Source: Bugula neritina (taxonomy: Eukaryota > Animalia > Bryozoa). Taken from it: 64,000 bases of DNA. The DNA lies in the NCBI GenBank assembly GCA_964035545.1, contig OZ037768.1, positions 9,518,741 through 9,582,740 on the forward strand. Reading direction: 5' to 3'. Shown one piece after another: positions 46,510 to 58,125 of this stretch. Within the stretch, counting starts at the first letter, position 1; every line of letters starts with the position of its first letter. The position numbers and the translations under genes are program-made. Below the pieces are notes generated by a model, which saw only the letters and a list, made by a program, of their open reading frames with translations, had not been told where the DNA came from and ran no database searches.

Positions 46510-49500
46510 TTACTTGCACATGGCCAAAGCAGCTGAAATCATTTTCCCAACCCCATCAAAAATCAGATGCACAGAATGCCAACCTTGTGAGGGGTCATGA
46601 TACATGAATGCTGGGGTAGTCACCAGCTTGTTAGCTTCATCAACATGACATTCGTAAAGACACGTGTTAAGAAAGCATGTTGTATGACAATTGGCTAGTG
46701 ACATAACAATGAACATATCATAATATATAAATGCAGACTACATGATTACCTTAACAAAGCATTATGAGTAAATTAATAGCTTTTTGTCTTTTAGTACAAA
46801 TAAATCTTTTATGGTGAACAAACTTATTAGAAGCATATTAAAATGTTTATTGGAACAAGCAGCAAAGTTTTGATTCAATTTTTCCCCATCTTTATAGTGT
46901 AAACCATATTCTTTAAAGACATCTTAGACCCTGAATATGACCCAAAGCATTGAGATAAAAAATGTATTGCCTGTTTGAATAAACAGCTTCTCATAAGTTG
47001 ACTTGAAATAAAATTTTAGTTTCTTTAAGCACTTTAAAATGAAGGTTTGTGTTATAAGAGAGAAATAGTGTATACATGGCATGCATCACTACACTGGAGC
47101 GAAGTTATTAATAAAGGATATAGTCACGCTCTTCTCCACATGCTTAGCTCCTACTTTTTCTATGCCTTGACAAGTTTCAGCGTAAGGCCAGAGGTCACCA
47201 CTACTCTGTCCAACTGTTACTTCGCATCCAGGTATGACTTTGGCAGCCAACACAGGTGATATACAGCACATTCTATTAATGCAATTCAACAAAAATAAAA
47301 CAAATCAATAGGGTAACAAAGCTATGAGTCATGCATTCATAGTAAGCATGTTTTAAAGCAATTTCTGAGAAAAAAGGTATTCTAAATAAAATGTTAGTTA
47401 ATTTTTAAGTAAAATTTAATTTATGTACTGTGATTTCGGCATTGATATGGATACAGCAACACAATAAACGTAGATTAGTTCAATGAAGAATAATAATAAT
47501 AAATACTTTTATGAATCTAAGTTTAAATAATATACCTACTATAAAGTTATAGTGGAAGCATAACTCTGAAGATGGTTACAATTCCTATTTTCAAATATGG
47601 AATAACATAATAAATAATTACATTCTCATAGCCTAATGAACACAGATTGTTTTGCTTGAAATTTTAAAAAAAAAAACTCAAAAAATCCTGGTTTGTACTT
47701 TCAATGGACCATATAACCCAACCTAATATTATCAATAAACTTCAAAGTTAATTTCAGCCATCAACTAATTATAAGATTGATTAGACAAGAAAACAAGTGT
47801 CACATGCAGTGTACAAACATTGCATAATCAATACGTACATGCACGTGTGTTCGCAGAATATAAAACATAATTTTACGTTTTCAATGCATTGCCTTCATGA
47901 AAATATAAAATCAGCATCTTACGCAATAGGCTTTTTAGTTCCATGAAAGTCTTTGATTACTTTGGCAACTTCTTCATTAACAGTACCGTCAGGTCCTTTC
48001 ACTGCCCAATCAGATCTACACAGTATTTATGATTTGACTTTTAATTTACAGGCAACTAACTTTGACCTGTTTGTAATACTTACCAGTAACTATGGTAGCA
48101 TACAGGTGGTATATCATCAGTACTTAGATGATGGCATATAAAGATGCAGATAAAAGCACTCTGCAATAACATATTTTAGTGTTGAAATTATTTTTACCTT
48201 ACTAAAGAAGAGGCAGCATATCTACACCCATCAGATAGCAGATGTTCTTCAAATCTATCAATTCAATTGGCAATAATAACATTTTACAGCTTCGTTTTCT
48301 AATATTATTTATTTAAAGTACTTACAGATTCTTAGCTGCACCAAACCCACCGGGTATAACCAGCAGATCGAAATCAGAAGCTTTCAAATCTGATAGCGAA
48401 GATATAGCTCCTCTGGCAACTCGAGCTGATTCTGTCAGCACGTTTCTAATAGGGAAATATTGAATGCATTTTACTCAAGCACCTGAACCAAACAAAATTA
48501 ATTACTTTAATAACATACACATGTATAAACTTCCAATAGAATAGAAGCATTGCAGATCAAATACCAAAGGAACATACATGGTACAGATAATAATTGTGTT
48601 ATTCTTACATAAAATAAGTTGCATTCAAACCTGTTGGGTTCCATAGGGGCTCCCTTGGTGTGATCAATGGTATGCATCTGATCAATGTTTGGTGCAAATA
48701 TGGACACCTCGGATCCCGCCCGACTCAGGTGGACTAAACATCTAGATACAAATTTCATTTAACTGAATTACAAAGAAAATGTAAAGGAATAACGATGCCA
48801 GTCAACTTAAATAACTACTTACGCTGACGCTTCATGTACCTCCGTTCCGTCATAGACACCAGAGCCGTGCAAAATCTGAAACATAAAATAATACAATCCA
48901 ACAATATACAATAATGTATACAAGCAGGAATACAGGTCATACAGCCACATCGTATCAACTGTAAGTTATAAACAAGTGCCTCAAAACTTTTCGTCAAATT
49001 ATGTAATTTTAGCAGTATTGAAAATTGCACATGATGAAATAGGTCTGCGTCAACTACATTCAAATATCAAAACATATGGAAATACTTTATCTAATATCCA
49101 TATAGTAACAGTTTTAATATAAATTCCAAGCTATTTGAATGTGTAATAAAAACATTCAATAACGGTGGGTTTGATATTGAAAAAATTGGAATAATTAAGT
49201 GATTTTATTTCATTTTTACACTATATGGCTAATTATTACAAAAGCCATATGGATATATTGCAAAAAATATAATGCTAGCTATTTCACCATTGGTTACAAT
49301 TAGCCCAAAACATGAGCCAATAAAATGAGTTAATAAAATCAATTTATATACATATATTACATACAACTTTTAAGGTAAAATATGATTGTAGCTAAACTAT
49401 TATCATATGTATAATATTATGTATTACTAAACCATGCAGTTCTTCTTCAAAAATAACTGCCATTTGAAAAAAAATTGTTATAGTCAAATCCAAAATTTAG

Positions 49501-50417
49501 ATATACATTCTTCCCAACTTTCCATTTAAATTTCAAAATGAGATAAATAAAACATTCTATCTAATACTAGAAAAATTAAACATAAGAATTTTTAAGATGG
49601 CCTGACAAAACATTAAGATTTAATTTGCAAGTTTTCATTGTCAGAGCTTATTTCAATTCAATTCATCACATTCTGATTCAATATGAATATTACAATACAG
49701 TAAATATTGAACTTAGAGTTAACTTAAAACAAGAATATCCCTATCAGCATAAAAATCACCGACTCATAAAGTACACAATCAAAATCACATTTAGTTCTAC
49801 TTACAGTGATTTACTGTGAGTGTGATAGCTACACTAACTCTAAAACTAAAAGTAAGACTAAGTGTAAGTGTGTAGCTGTCACACTCACTATCACACACTT
49901 GATCTTACTCGTAGTCGTACGGCAGAAATGACTGAACAGTGAATGAGGCAATCTAAATCTGATGATATTGATAAGCCTAAGGTCAGTCTTCAAACTAAGA
50001 TTTAGGATATAAAACTATTTCATTTTAACCTTAAAGAATATTAAATATTAATAGTAATACTAATACTAACAGTAAATATTACTCTATTAGTATTACTATT
50101 AGTTAATGAGTAATACTAATACTTAATAGTAGTACTAATAGTAATATTAATAGACATACTCATAGTAAATGTAATACTAATACTTATACTTATAGTTATA
50201 CTAATAGTAATACTAATAGTAATAGTAATAGTAATAGTAATACTAATAGTAATAGTAATCATACCACTGCAGCCTTGACCATATTGTAATTGTTCCGAGA
50301 TGTAGAAAAACTTTTAGAGAGTATCAGTAACTGAAAGCTCTTCACCGTTTGACTTAGTGATGAGACTCCAAACACTCTTTTGCTTTCAAACAAAAAAGGA
50401 GTAATGATTTTATTCAT
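46510..50417 (-). CDS. GATD3: ES1 protein homolog / glutamine amidotransferase-like class 1 domain-containing 3 (DJ-1/PfpI superfamily), mitochondrial, 274 aa
   Basis: Exons 50417-50265, 48875-48823, 48741-48631, 48445-48326, 48015-47923, 47272-47122, 46653-46510. Motifs: [78 protein letters not shown]-terminal S/K/R-rich presequence. Confidence 0.93.
46654..47121 (-). other. U12-type (minor spliceosome) AT-AC intron, GATD3 intron 6, 468 nt
   Basis: 5' end ATATCCTTT (47121-47113), branch site TTTCTTAAC (46674-46666), terminal AC (46655-46654). Splicing joins ...EKSVT|[10 protein letters not shown] in frame. Confidence 0.93.
50040..50262. repeat. Low-complexity (TAA/TAG/TAC)n tract in GATD3 intron 1
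   Basis: aatagtaatagtaatagtaatactaatagt runs. Confidence 0.85.
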
Positions 50418-50443
50418 AATCACGTTGAGTACGACGATATAAT

Positions 50444-51233
50444 CACCGGCTTTCCATGTACCGATCTCAGATCGATCTCGCTGAGATCGATCTGAGAAAT
50501 GTGCTGATCAGATCGATCGTTTTTCCATGAGAGTGTCAGATCGATCTAGCGGAGTTGCCTCCTCTTAAGTGAAGAGTACTTTAATATTATATTTTTTAAC
50601 CCACCTGGGTGATTCAAGCTAACGCTTTTGAAAAAACAAAATTTCCATAGTCTAAAATTCAGTGCCAGCTATAAACTCTACGCAGTAAAGCTTTTAGTAA
50701 GAAGTAATTTAGCCAACTTAAGATAATTCATTTTAATATTTTAGTTTGACAGCTTATATAAAATTAATAGCTGTTGTGCAGATTATTCATAAACTTACAG
50801 GACTATTGGGCTTAAAAATAAGCAGCAAATAACTAATGAAAGTAAGTTTTACTAGCCATTTAAATTCAATTTAAATGCTCCTACTTTTTCCACCTTCTAC
50901 CGTCTATAATTTTATATAATTGAGTTTGTTTAATCATAGTACTGAAAGTCAAAGTTTTGGCATCTGAAAATGTGGCTATAGTAATTATTAAGTAATTTGC
51001 TTAGTAATTACCAATAAATTATCATTTTTATTAGCGGCGACATTTTAGCGAACAGTCTTTTTCTATTTCTCAGATCGAACTTTCGTCTTTCCATGACCTT
51101 ATTGCCTTGAGATCGATCTGAGTTCGAGCTCTACAGACCGACCAGCTCAGAACGACTGAGATCGATCTTTAGCGTCTTTCCATGGATCGATCTCAGCGAG
51201 ATCGATCTGAGATCGGTACATGGAAAGCCGGTG
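50444..51233. mobile_element. Non-autonomous DNA transposon (MITE), 790 bp, 49-bp perfect TIRs, 3-bp TSD AAT
   Basis: Left TIR caccggctttccatgtaccgatctcagatcgatctcgctgagatcgatc (50444-50492) is the exact reverse complement of 51185-51233. AAT flanks at 50441-50443 and 51234-51236. Palindromic AGATCGATCT subterminal repeats and an AT-rich non-coding core. A 3-bp TSD fits PIF/Harbinger or CACTA; the superfamily is inferred. Confidence 0.93.
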
Positions 51234-51411
51234 AATTACAAGTTAAATTTATGCGAAAATCGCTTGATGCAGCACAAAGTTTCAGAGTCACAGTGGTTCG
51301 GAGATTTCGAGTTTGGGGTTTGGATTACAGTGTGTACAACTATTACACTCAGTGACCCCAAACATTATGCTGTATCAAACGATACTTAATTTATAATGCT
51401 TCAGTTTCACT

Positions 51412-51449
51412 CACTGAACTGAAACTATAACCGGGGTTATAGTTCAATG
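51412..51449 (+). mobile_element. 38-bp hairpin micro-element with 8-bp TSD GTTTCACT
   Basis: gtttcact|cactgaactgaaactataaccggggttatagttcaatg|gtttcact; nearly identical to the reverse complement of 40486-40522. Confidence 0.85.
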
Positions 51450-51657
51450 GTTTCACTATTACCGTTACCACGTGAGTGGCTAATAATGTTTATATTAAAC
51501 TTAGAGTTAGTACTACATGGGACAGGGTATCCATATGAAAATAAAATAAACATCAATATTAATAATGAATACAAATTGGAATATTATAATTATGCAGACT
51601 ACTAGACTAAGACACTAAAAGCAGACCTAGTAGTAGTAGTAGTAGTAGTGAGCAGAC

Positions 51658-51683
51658 CACTAAACTGAAACTATAGTTCAATG
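51658..51683 (+). mobile_element. 26-bp hairpin micro-element (internal deletion derivative) with 8-bp TSD GAGCAGAC
   Basis: gagcagac|cactaaactgaaactatagttcaatg|gagcagac|gagcagac. Confidence 0.8.
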
Positions 51684-52583
51684 GAGCAGACGAGCAGACA
51701 ACGTTGAGTACCGGTAAGCTACTATAAAATGTAGGCCACCAGATAAAATCACTCATCTTCCTGTTGGAATATTATATACCCATGCTTATGGTCATGGTTA
51801 TGCCAAAAGCAAATAGGTTACAGAGGTGGTTAAACCCAATCTGCTTCTTGCAGTGCTCTTTTAGGCTGCAATTTCTAGCTTTAAGTAAGCATACAAAAAC
51901 CATGTTGTAACTTGAGCTACTAGCCAGTGCTATGGTAAACTGTGATGATATTTTTTAATATTTAAAATTATCCTTCTTTGTTCTTTCTATATTTTCATAT
52001 TGAAATTATAAAACAAATTACTAAATAGTCAAGGCTTTGATTTTTGTGCTTAATAAATGTTTCTAGTGTTAATAGCAATTTTTATGAAATACATCACTTT
52101 TAATAAAAGTTTTATGTCACATAATACATAAACATAATATACTACAAAAATACCAATCTTGGTCCAAAATCGATTAATTGAATTCTAAAGCTTAGTTATT
52201 AGACTGACCACTACTGACTATATTTCCTTTAAAAAATTTAAGTGCATAAATTCTTGATTCATAGCCATCAACTTCATGGCTGTTTTCACTTTTCATTAGT
52301 GGTGTTCATATTGCAAATAGATATAACTATCAACAATGTATTCTGTTACAATTTTATTGTTTCTAAGATATTAGCAATCAATGAATATTTTTAACAATAT
52401 GTGAAAATTATATTCATAAATGCCAGGTAATAGCCATAAAATTAATAATGCATATTACATATATCTGTACACACAAAGCTAAACCAGTTTAGTTAGGCCC
52501 ATTCACATTAACCCCACAAGGTTATAATAGCCATAATAATAACAATTTGTGTGCATGATCCTTGCAGTGCTGTTGATACAGAC

Positions 52584-55500
52584 TTATGCAGCTTCAAAGA
52601 ACTGGCGGAACTCCTCTAAACTGATCTGGCCTTCTGGGTTGCTTGTTATTTGATACACCAACTAAAAATATGCCACAGTTAGTGTCATTATACATGATAG
52701 ATTAATTTAAGCATGCTGTAGCTGAGCATAATATTTACCATTTTTTGAAGTGAAGCTTTGACACTATTTGAATATTTTCTTTAGATTTATCAATATAGGT
52801 CAAAGTAGCTATAGTCGCGTGATAAATTAAATTCTACACTTACGGCATTCATTACATCATCATCGAGAGGTAGTGAGATTGCTTTGCACATATCTCGAAG
52901 CTTGCTCTTATCGATATAGCCTGATCTGTTTGTGTCATATCTCAGGAACAGCTCATCAATTCTGTGTTTTCCTGTTGAAAAATTATGAAGGTTGCAAATG
53001 GGGATTTTGAAAAATAGGGTCAGTCTAGTTAAAATAGCGTGTTTGAGGTATATTGTTTTTCTTACCGGTGATAGCTATCTTTTTGACTTGTCCTTTTACT
53101 TCATTTACAAGCTTTTCCAAATCACCAGACTCACGAGTTACTCTCATTGGCGCTGCTTTAACAGATTCCTGCCTAGGCTCATTGGCTCCTAGTGTATTTC
53201 TGATTGTCTCTATGGTGCTTGCTGCAAATAGTGTTTGTAAATTATTTCAGGGCTAATTATTTATTAGGGCAAGATAAATACTCAAGCTATAGTATTGTGG
53301 AGCTACGTAGTACATGGGTGCTTGATTAATATAATTTTCTGTTGTTTGTAAATTAGTTTTATAATCGGTTGATAGCAAACTTGAATTGAAAATTAGAATA
53401 ATTGCAAGCTCACAACTAATAGCAATTTATAGGTTGTGTGGTACTAATTATTCTGATCATTTATATGCCAAAAGTATTAGTTCAATTTTGATAGTTCACA
53501 ATAGTACTGGTGTAAGACTTTCTCAAAGTAAAATAAAGCAACCAAGATACCTCTGATTCAACATTTGAAAGTATATCAGTAATAATAATAATTGTTTAAA
53601 GCTCCCATTCTTTGTTGGCATAATAATAATAATAATAGTAATAACATTAACATGTACCTCCATGCTACATAGCAATATTTTACCTGAGAACTGCTGTGGG
53701 TGGTCTTCCATGTACTTGAGCACATACTCATCGGCATTGGTGATGACAAACCTGTGGTTGAATATATGGATAACTGAACCGATGTGCATATCGTCTGGCC
53801 CATAAAACACTGGTTTGTCTGGAGATGAGCCAGGCTTGGCAATTCTGGTTCGCTCAAGGAATTTTCCTCCAATGATACCAGAGTTTCTCACAGGTGGTTC
53901 ATAGATGGTAATCATATCATCTGCTAGACGATAAGAAATGATGAATCGTCTCCCACTGTCTTCTGGTTTTACAGAATCCTACAATTTTTTATTGATAATA
54001 CATTACTATTTAGCACAGCTTCGATTGCAAGAAAATAAGAAATCCTTTATAACATAATATAACTTCCGGTGCATATAAGTTGGGTGCAAAAAGTTTCATA
54101 ATTGAAAGAGTTGTGGTAGTAACTCGTATTGACATAAACTATAGTGGATTTCAACAAAATTAACTTAATGATCACTTAGAGCAAAAATATATTATATATT
54201 CTAAGGCTTCACTTTGGTGGGCTGTCTATGAAGTTTATTAAACAAATAAACAATTTGTATAATTTTAATATAACCATTTAAGCAGTTGCTATTGTGGCCT
54301 AAAAATATTTACTCATTACCAATAGATTTTAGCTATTTGAAGGGGAATTTTAGTTGAAACTGCCAAAATGGAGACAGAGGGCTGACTACATAATAGCTTA
54401 TATATACACCCTATCAGCTTGTAGCATTAAATTTTAACAGGTTCTATTTGCCAGAACTTTTTTTCTCTTCGAACTGTTTTCTAAATTGCCAAAAATGTTG
54501 AATTAATAGTTATTTAAATAATATAAATTAATATGATATTGATTTCTAATAAAAAATATTATACCATGTATAATTTTTTTATTGAACTATAATATAAATG
54601 AGAGTATGTTAATTACCAGAATTGCTTCAAATCTCAAGACTTTGTGGTCGTTCTCCATCATCTTAATAAAGTCCTTTTTAGGAGGCTGCGGTATCAAAGA
54701 TAAGCAAGACTGCAGCGAGTCTTCCAAAGTTCCAAGTCCATTGTATGGTGCAAACTCCTAAAGTTTTACACTCAAAGTATTAACATTACATAATCTTTTA
54801 TATTAAACTAAGCTTAATCATCAATTCAGAGATACCAACATCTAAAACATAATTCACTCGTAGTTTATCAGATAAGTTACGCTGAAACCTGCCAAAGCTT
54901 TAAAACTTACCATCTTTGGCAATGGTTTGCTTCTTTGCTCCACATCTACTGGTTTGAATTCCGTAATTCCAAAGTTTTTGTAGTAAAATGCTTTAGTGAA
55001 ATTATCGGCATCATAGACGAGGAATTTTCTACCATAGATGTACATTGTTTCAGAAAGAGAAAAGTCTCTGGGTGTGAAATATTCTTTCACTTCATGGCTT
55101 GTCAGTTCCATGGAAATGGATGGGTAGGTGCTGGGGACACTGCTTCTGTTCTTTGGTACTTTATGTCTTCCGATAAGAACTGGGAAAGGATCTCGTCCAT
55201 CGTTAGGCTTGTGCACTTCTCTTACTTCCATAGTGTCGTCAACCAAATAGTACTAAATAATTCAATAATATAAATACAATATAATTCTGAATAATACCAA
55301 TATCCATGCAACAAAGGTAGCCTGGCATAAATTTTTATTTAAATAGCTTTTTGTATGGTTCTATCAAGCAGTGGTATATAATATGCTTGTAACTTTGTTC
55401 ATTGTAAAAGAGCTCACATGCAAAATGAAGGGTCTCATCTCTCCAAACATAGCATCTCTATCGTCCCAAACACAATAAAATCTGAGAACTCGTCTGTCTA

Positions 55501-57070
55501 GTTCTATAAACTGCTTTAGTTTATCAAATGAAGAGGGAGTGTTATACTTCTTGATCTCAGCCGCCTTTGTCCTGGTTGCCAAGTAAGGGTCTTCTGGGAT
55601 TTGGTCAGCAGGGTTGACGACGATACCTTCACTTTCTAGGAAATCCTTCAATATAATTAATAACTTGCCAGAGTGTAATTTTTTAACTGACTAACAAAAG
55701 TATGATTATATATATATTGTTTATATATGTAAACATTATTGTTTTTATATTTGAAACAACTATCTTAAAATTAAAAAAAAATCATCTGACTCACTGAAGT
55801 AAACTTGTCGCAATCTGTAATGTAGAACACTTTTCCGTAAAATGTTGCGGTCTGCCTGTTGTTTAGGTCTTTCCAGTGCCATATATCTCCTACATCATTT
55901 TTAGGTAGCCGTTGTCGTTTGATCAGTTTTCCTTGGGGCATTCCAGAGTTTTCTCTTACTGGTTCAACTACAGCAATGCTGTCATCTTCTAAGTAGTAAT
56001 AAATTACTACAGGTCGCACTCTGTAAAACTCTTGTGGCGATTCATGCACTGTTTGTTTGTAGTAAGCATAGAATCTGAGCACCTACAAAAAAAATCAAAG
56101 AAAAAGTTTTTGTAAGTTTTATCGAAAAATAACTTTAGTTTTCAGCATATATATGCACCAACTACTAAGTTTGAAAAGCTAACAACCCTAGTTGAATTTT
56201 TTTCTAATAAATAATAATTTTCAAGTGGTAGTAGTAACAAACCTTTTTATCCCAAGCTACATGAGCTGGAATAAAATCTTCTGGTGGTGCTTGCTTAGTT
56301 TGCCCATATGTCAATGTAGGATTGAAATTTGCTAACTCATCAAGTTCTTTTTCTGACAGCTGATTGTATGGAATAGGCACTCCCCCAATCCCAACTTCTG
56401 GTCTTTTTTGTTGAGCATATCCATTGTTGTAACCTAGGGTTTGACTTCTGTGATATTTCCCTTTCTGAAAATAATTAACAATTAAGGTCTTAGAAAGCTT
56501 ACTAAAACTTTTTAAAAAAAAATAAAAAATAGGACTTAAGAATAAAGAATCACTTGTGTGTTTTCTTTTTTAAACACCAGGCTTCATTTGAATTTAGGAA
56601 ATTTTGTATAGTTATAGTTATTAGAATAATTGCTGCATTTGCAATGGCAAATTTGAATCTGACAATCTTTTATTTATGGTATTATTATTTGCATGTGTTC
56701 TTTTTATTATTTTATTGCTGTATTTTTTCTACTTGTAACAAAATCGATGAAATATTAATAAGTAATAAATATAAGTAGATAAGAATAGATATAACATTAA
56801 ATATTAAGTGTATTTATTTTTTATTTTGAAAGTTGATAACTTAGAATAGATAGCAACCACAATGAGTATGACTATAATATTAATTTTAAATGTAACACTA
56901 TGAAGTATGAGGTATATTTCTTATTTAAAATTGTTAATTATAAAAACTATTAAATTAGCTTGAATAAATCTATAAAGCTTAGATGATGTTTGTATATTTT
57001 AAAATGCATTTTTTACACTCACGGTTGGGTCTGTAAACGTATTTCCTGGCAAAAATGGTAATCCGTCCAT
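52584..57070 (-). CDS. EFHC1: EF-hand domain-containing protein 1 (Rib72/myoclonin-1; three DM10 domains + EF-hand), 641 aa
   Basis: Exons 57070-57023, 56464-56243, 56082-55795, 55645-55418, 55252-54911, 54757-54617, 53978-53684, 53221-53066, 52971-52844, 52661-52584. Starts [16 protein letters not shown]; DM10 motifs [71 protein letters not shown]; EF loop [12 protein letters not shown]. Confidence 0.95.
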
Positions 57071-57129
57071 TGTTCCAACCTTCTTCAACTATCCTTAAAA
57101 GCAGCAACGAATCTGATGGTTTATTTGTT

Positions 57130-57161
57130 GTTACCAAGGTGAATGCCGTTGCTATAAAAAC
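57130..57161. promoter_or_regulatory. Two RFX X-box-like motifs upstream of EFHC1
   Basis: GTTACCAAGGTGAA (57130-57143) and GTTGCTATAAAAAC (57148-57161), 60-90 bp upstream of the ATG of a ciliary gene; imperfect matches to GTTRCCATGGHAAC. Confidence 0.5.
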
Positions 57162-58125
57162 TTCGCGTTAAATACGAGAAATATCTATTGTGTCATTGGA
57201 TAAGCAAAAGTTATATTAGTAGCGATCACAGTTATATGCTTTCTAAACTGAAAAAAGTGTGGGCAAGTGATCACTACAAGTACAGTAAATGTAATGTTTA
57301 TTTCTCGTCAGCTTTTGAATTTAATAAATAAATCACTTTAATTCATAATGAAATTTAATAGTGAAGCAATTAAATTATAGAAACTCAAAGTTGCAATAAT
57401 TTCTTTTGATTATAAAATAATAATATAATTTAAGTTACACAATGACAATTTGCATTTTTATTTTAATTGAAATTGAAAGAATATCAATATTTTAATTTTC
57501 GTTAAACTTAATCATGTTAATTTTTATTTTGAGCATGGTAATGAACTGATAGTCATGGTCACGATGACCGTGCGCGGTCATGGTGGCTCATCACTACCAG
57601 TATCAGTATGACTATGAGTATCAGAATCGGTCATCATGACGGATCATCATCATCATCATGATCATGCCCATGGTCATGGTGATATTCAATTTCATCATGT
57701 AATAAAATAATTATATTATTATTATTATTATTGCTTCATTTATTTTTATGCGTTTAGTGTATATTCTGTTTTCTGTTTAATTACTTTTTTATTTCAATAT
57801 CTTTTAAAACCATCCAGTATGAGTATTCCAACATCAGTATTGCAAAATATAATATTAATTATTTAATGACATATCAGAAATAAAATTTTTACCAGTTGTA
57901 TCAAACTCAAAGCAAGCAATAAAGAGATCATGTTTTTCTATTCACCCGTGTATTATAATTATTTTGTAATAGCTAGCAGTTAGCAGTCACTGTTTCTCTA
58001 ACCATAAGGTGTTATGTTTACTCTGATAGTTGGTTTAGGTTTTTCTTGCTATTTGGATATTATTTTCATATTGTATTTTATTGAAATTTTAGAACTTGGA
58101 AGTAATATGACAGCATTGTGAAATA

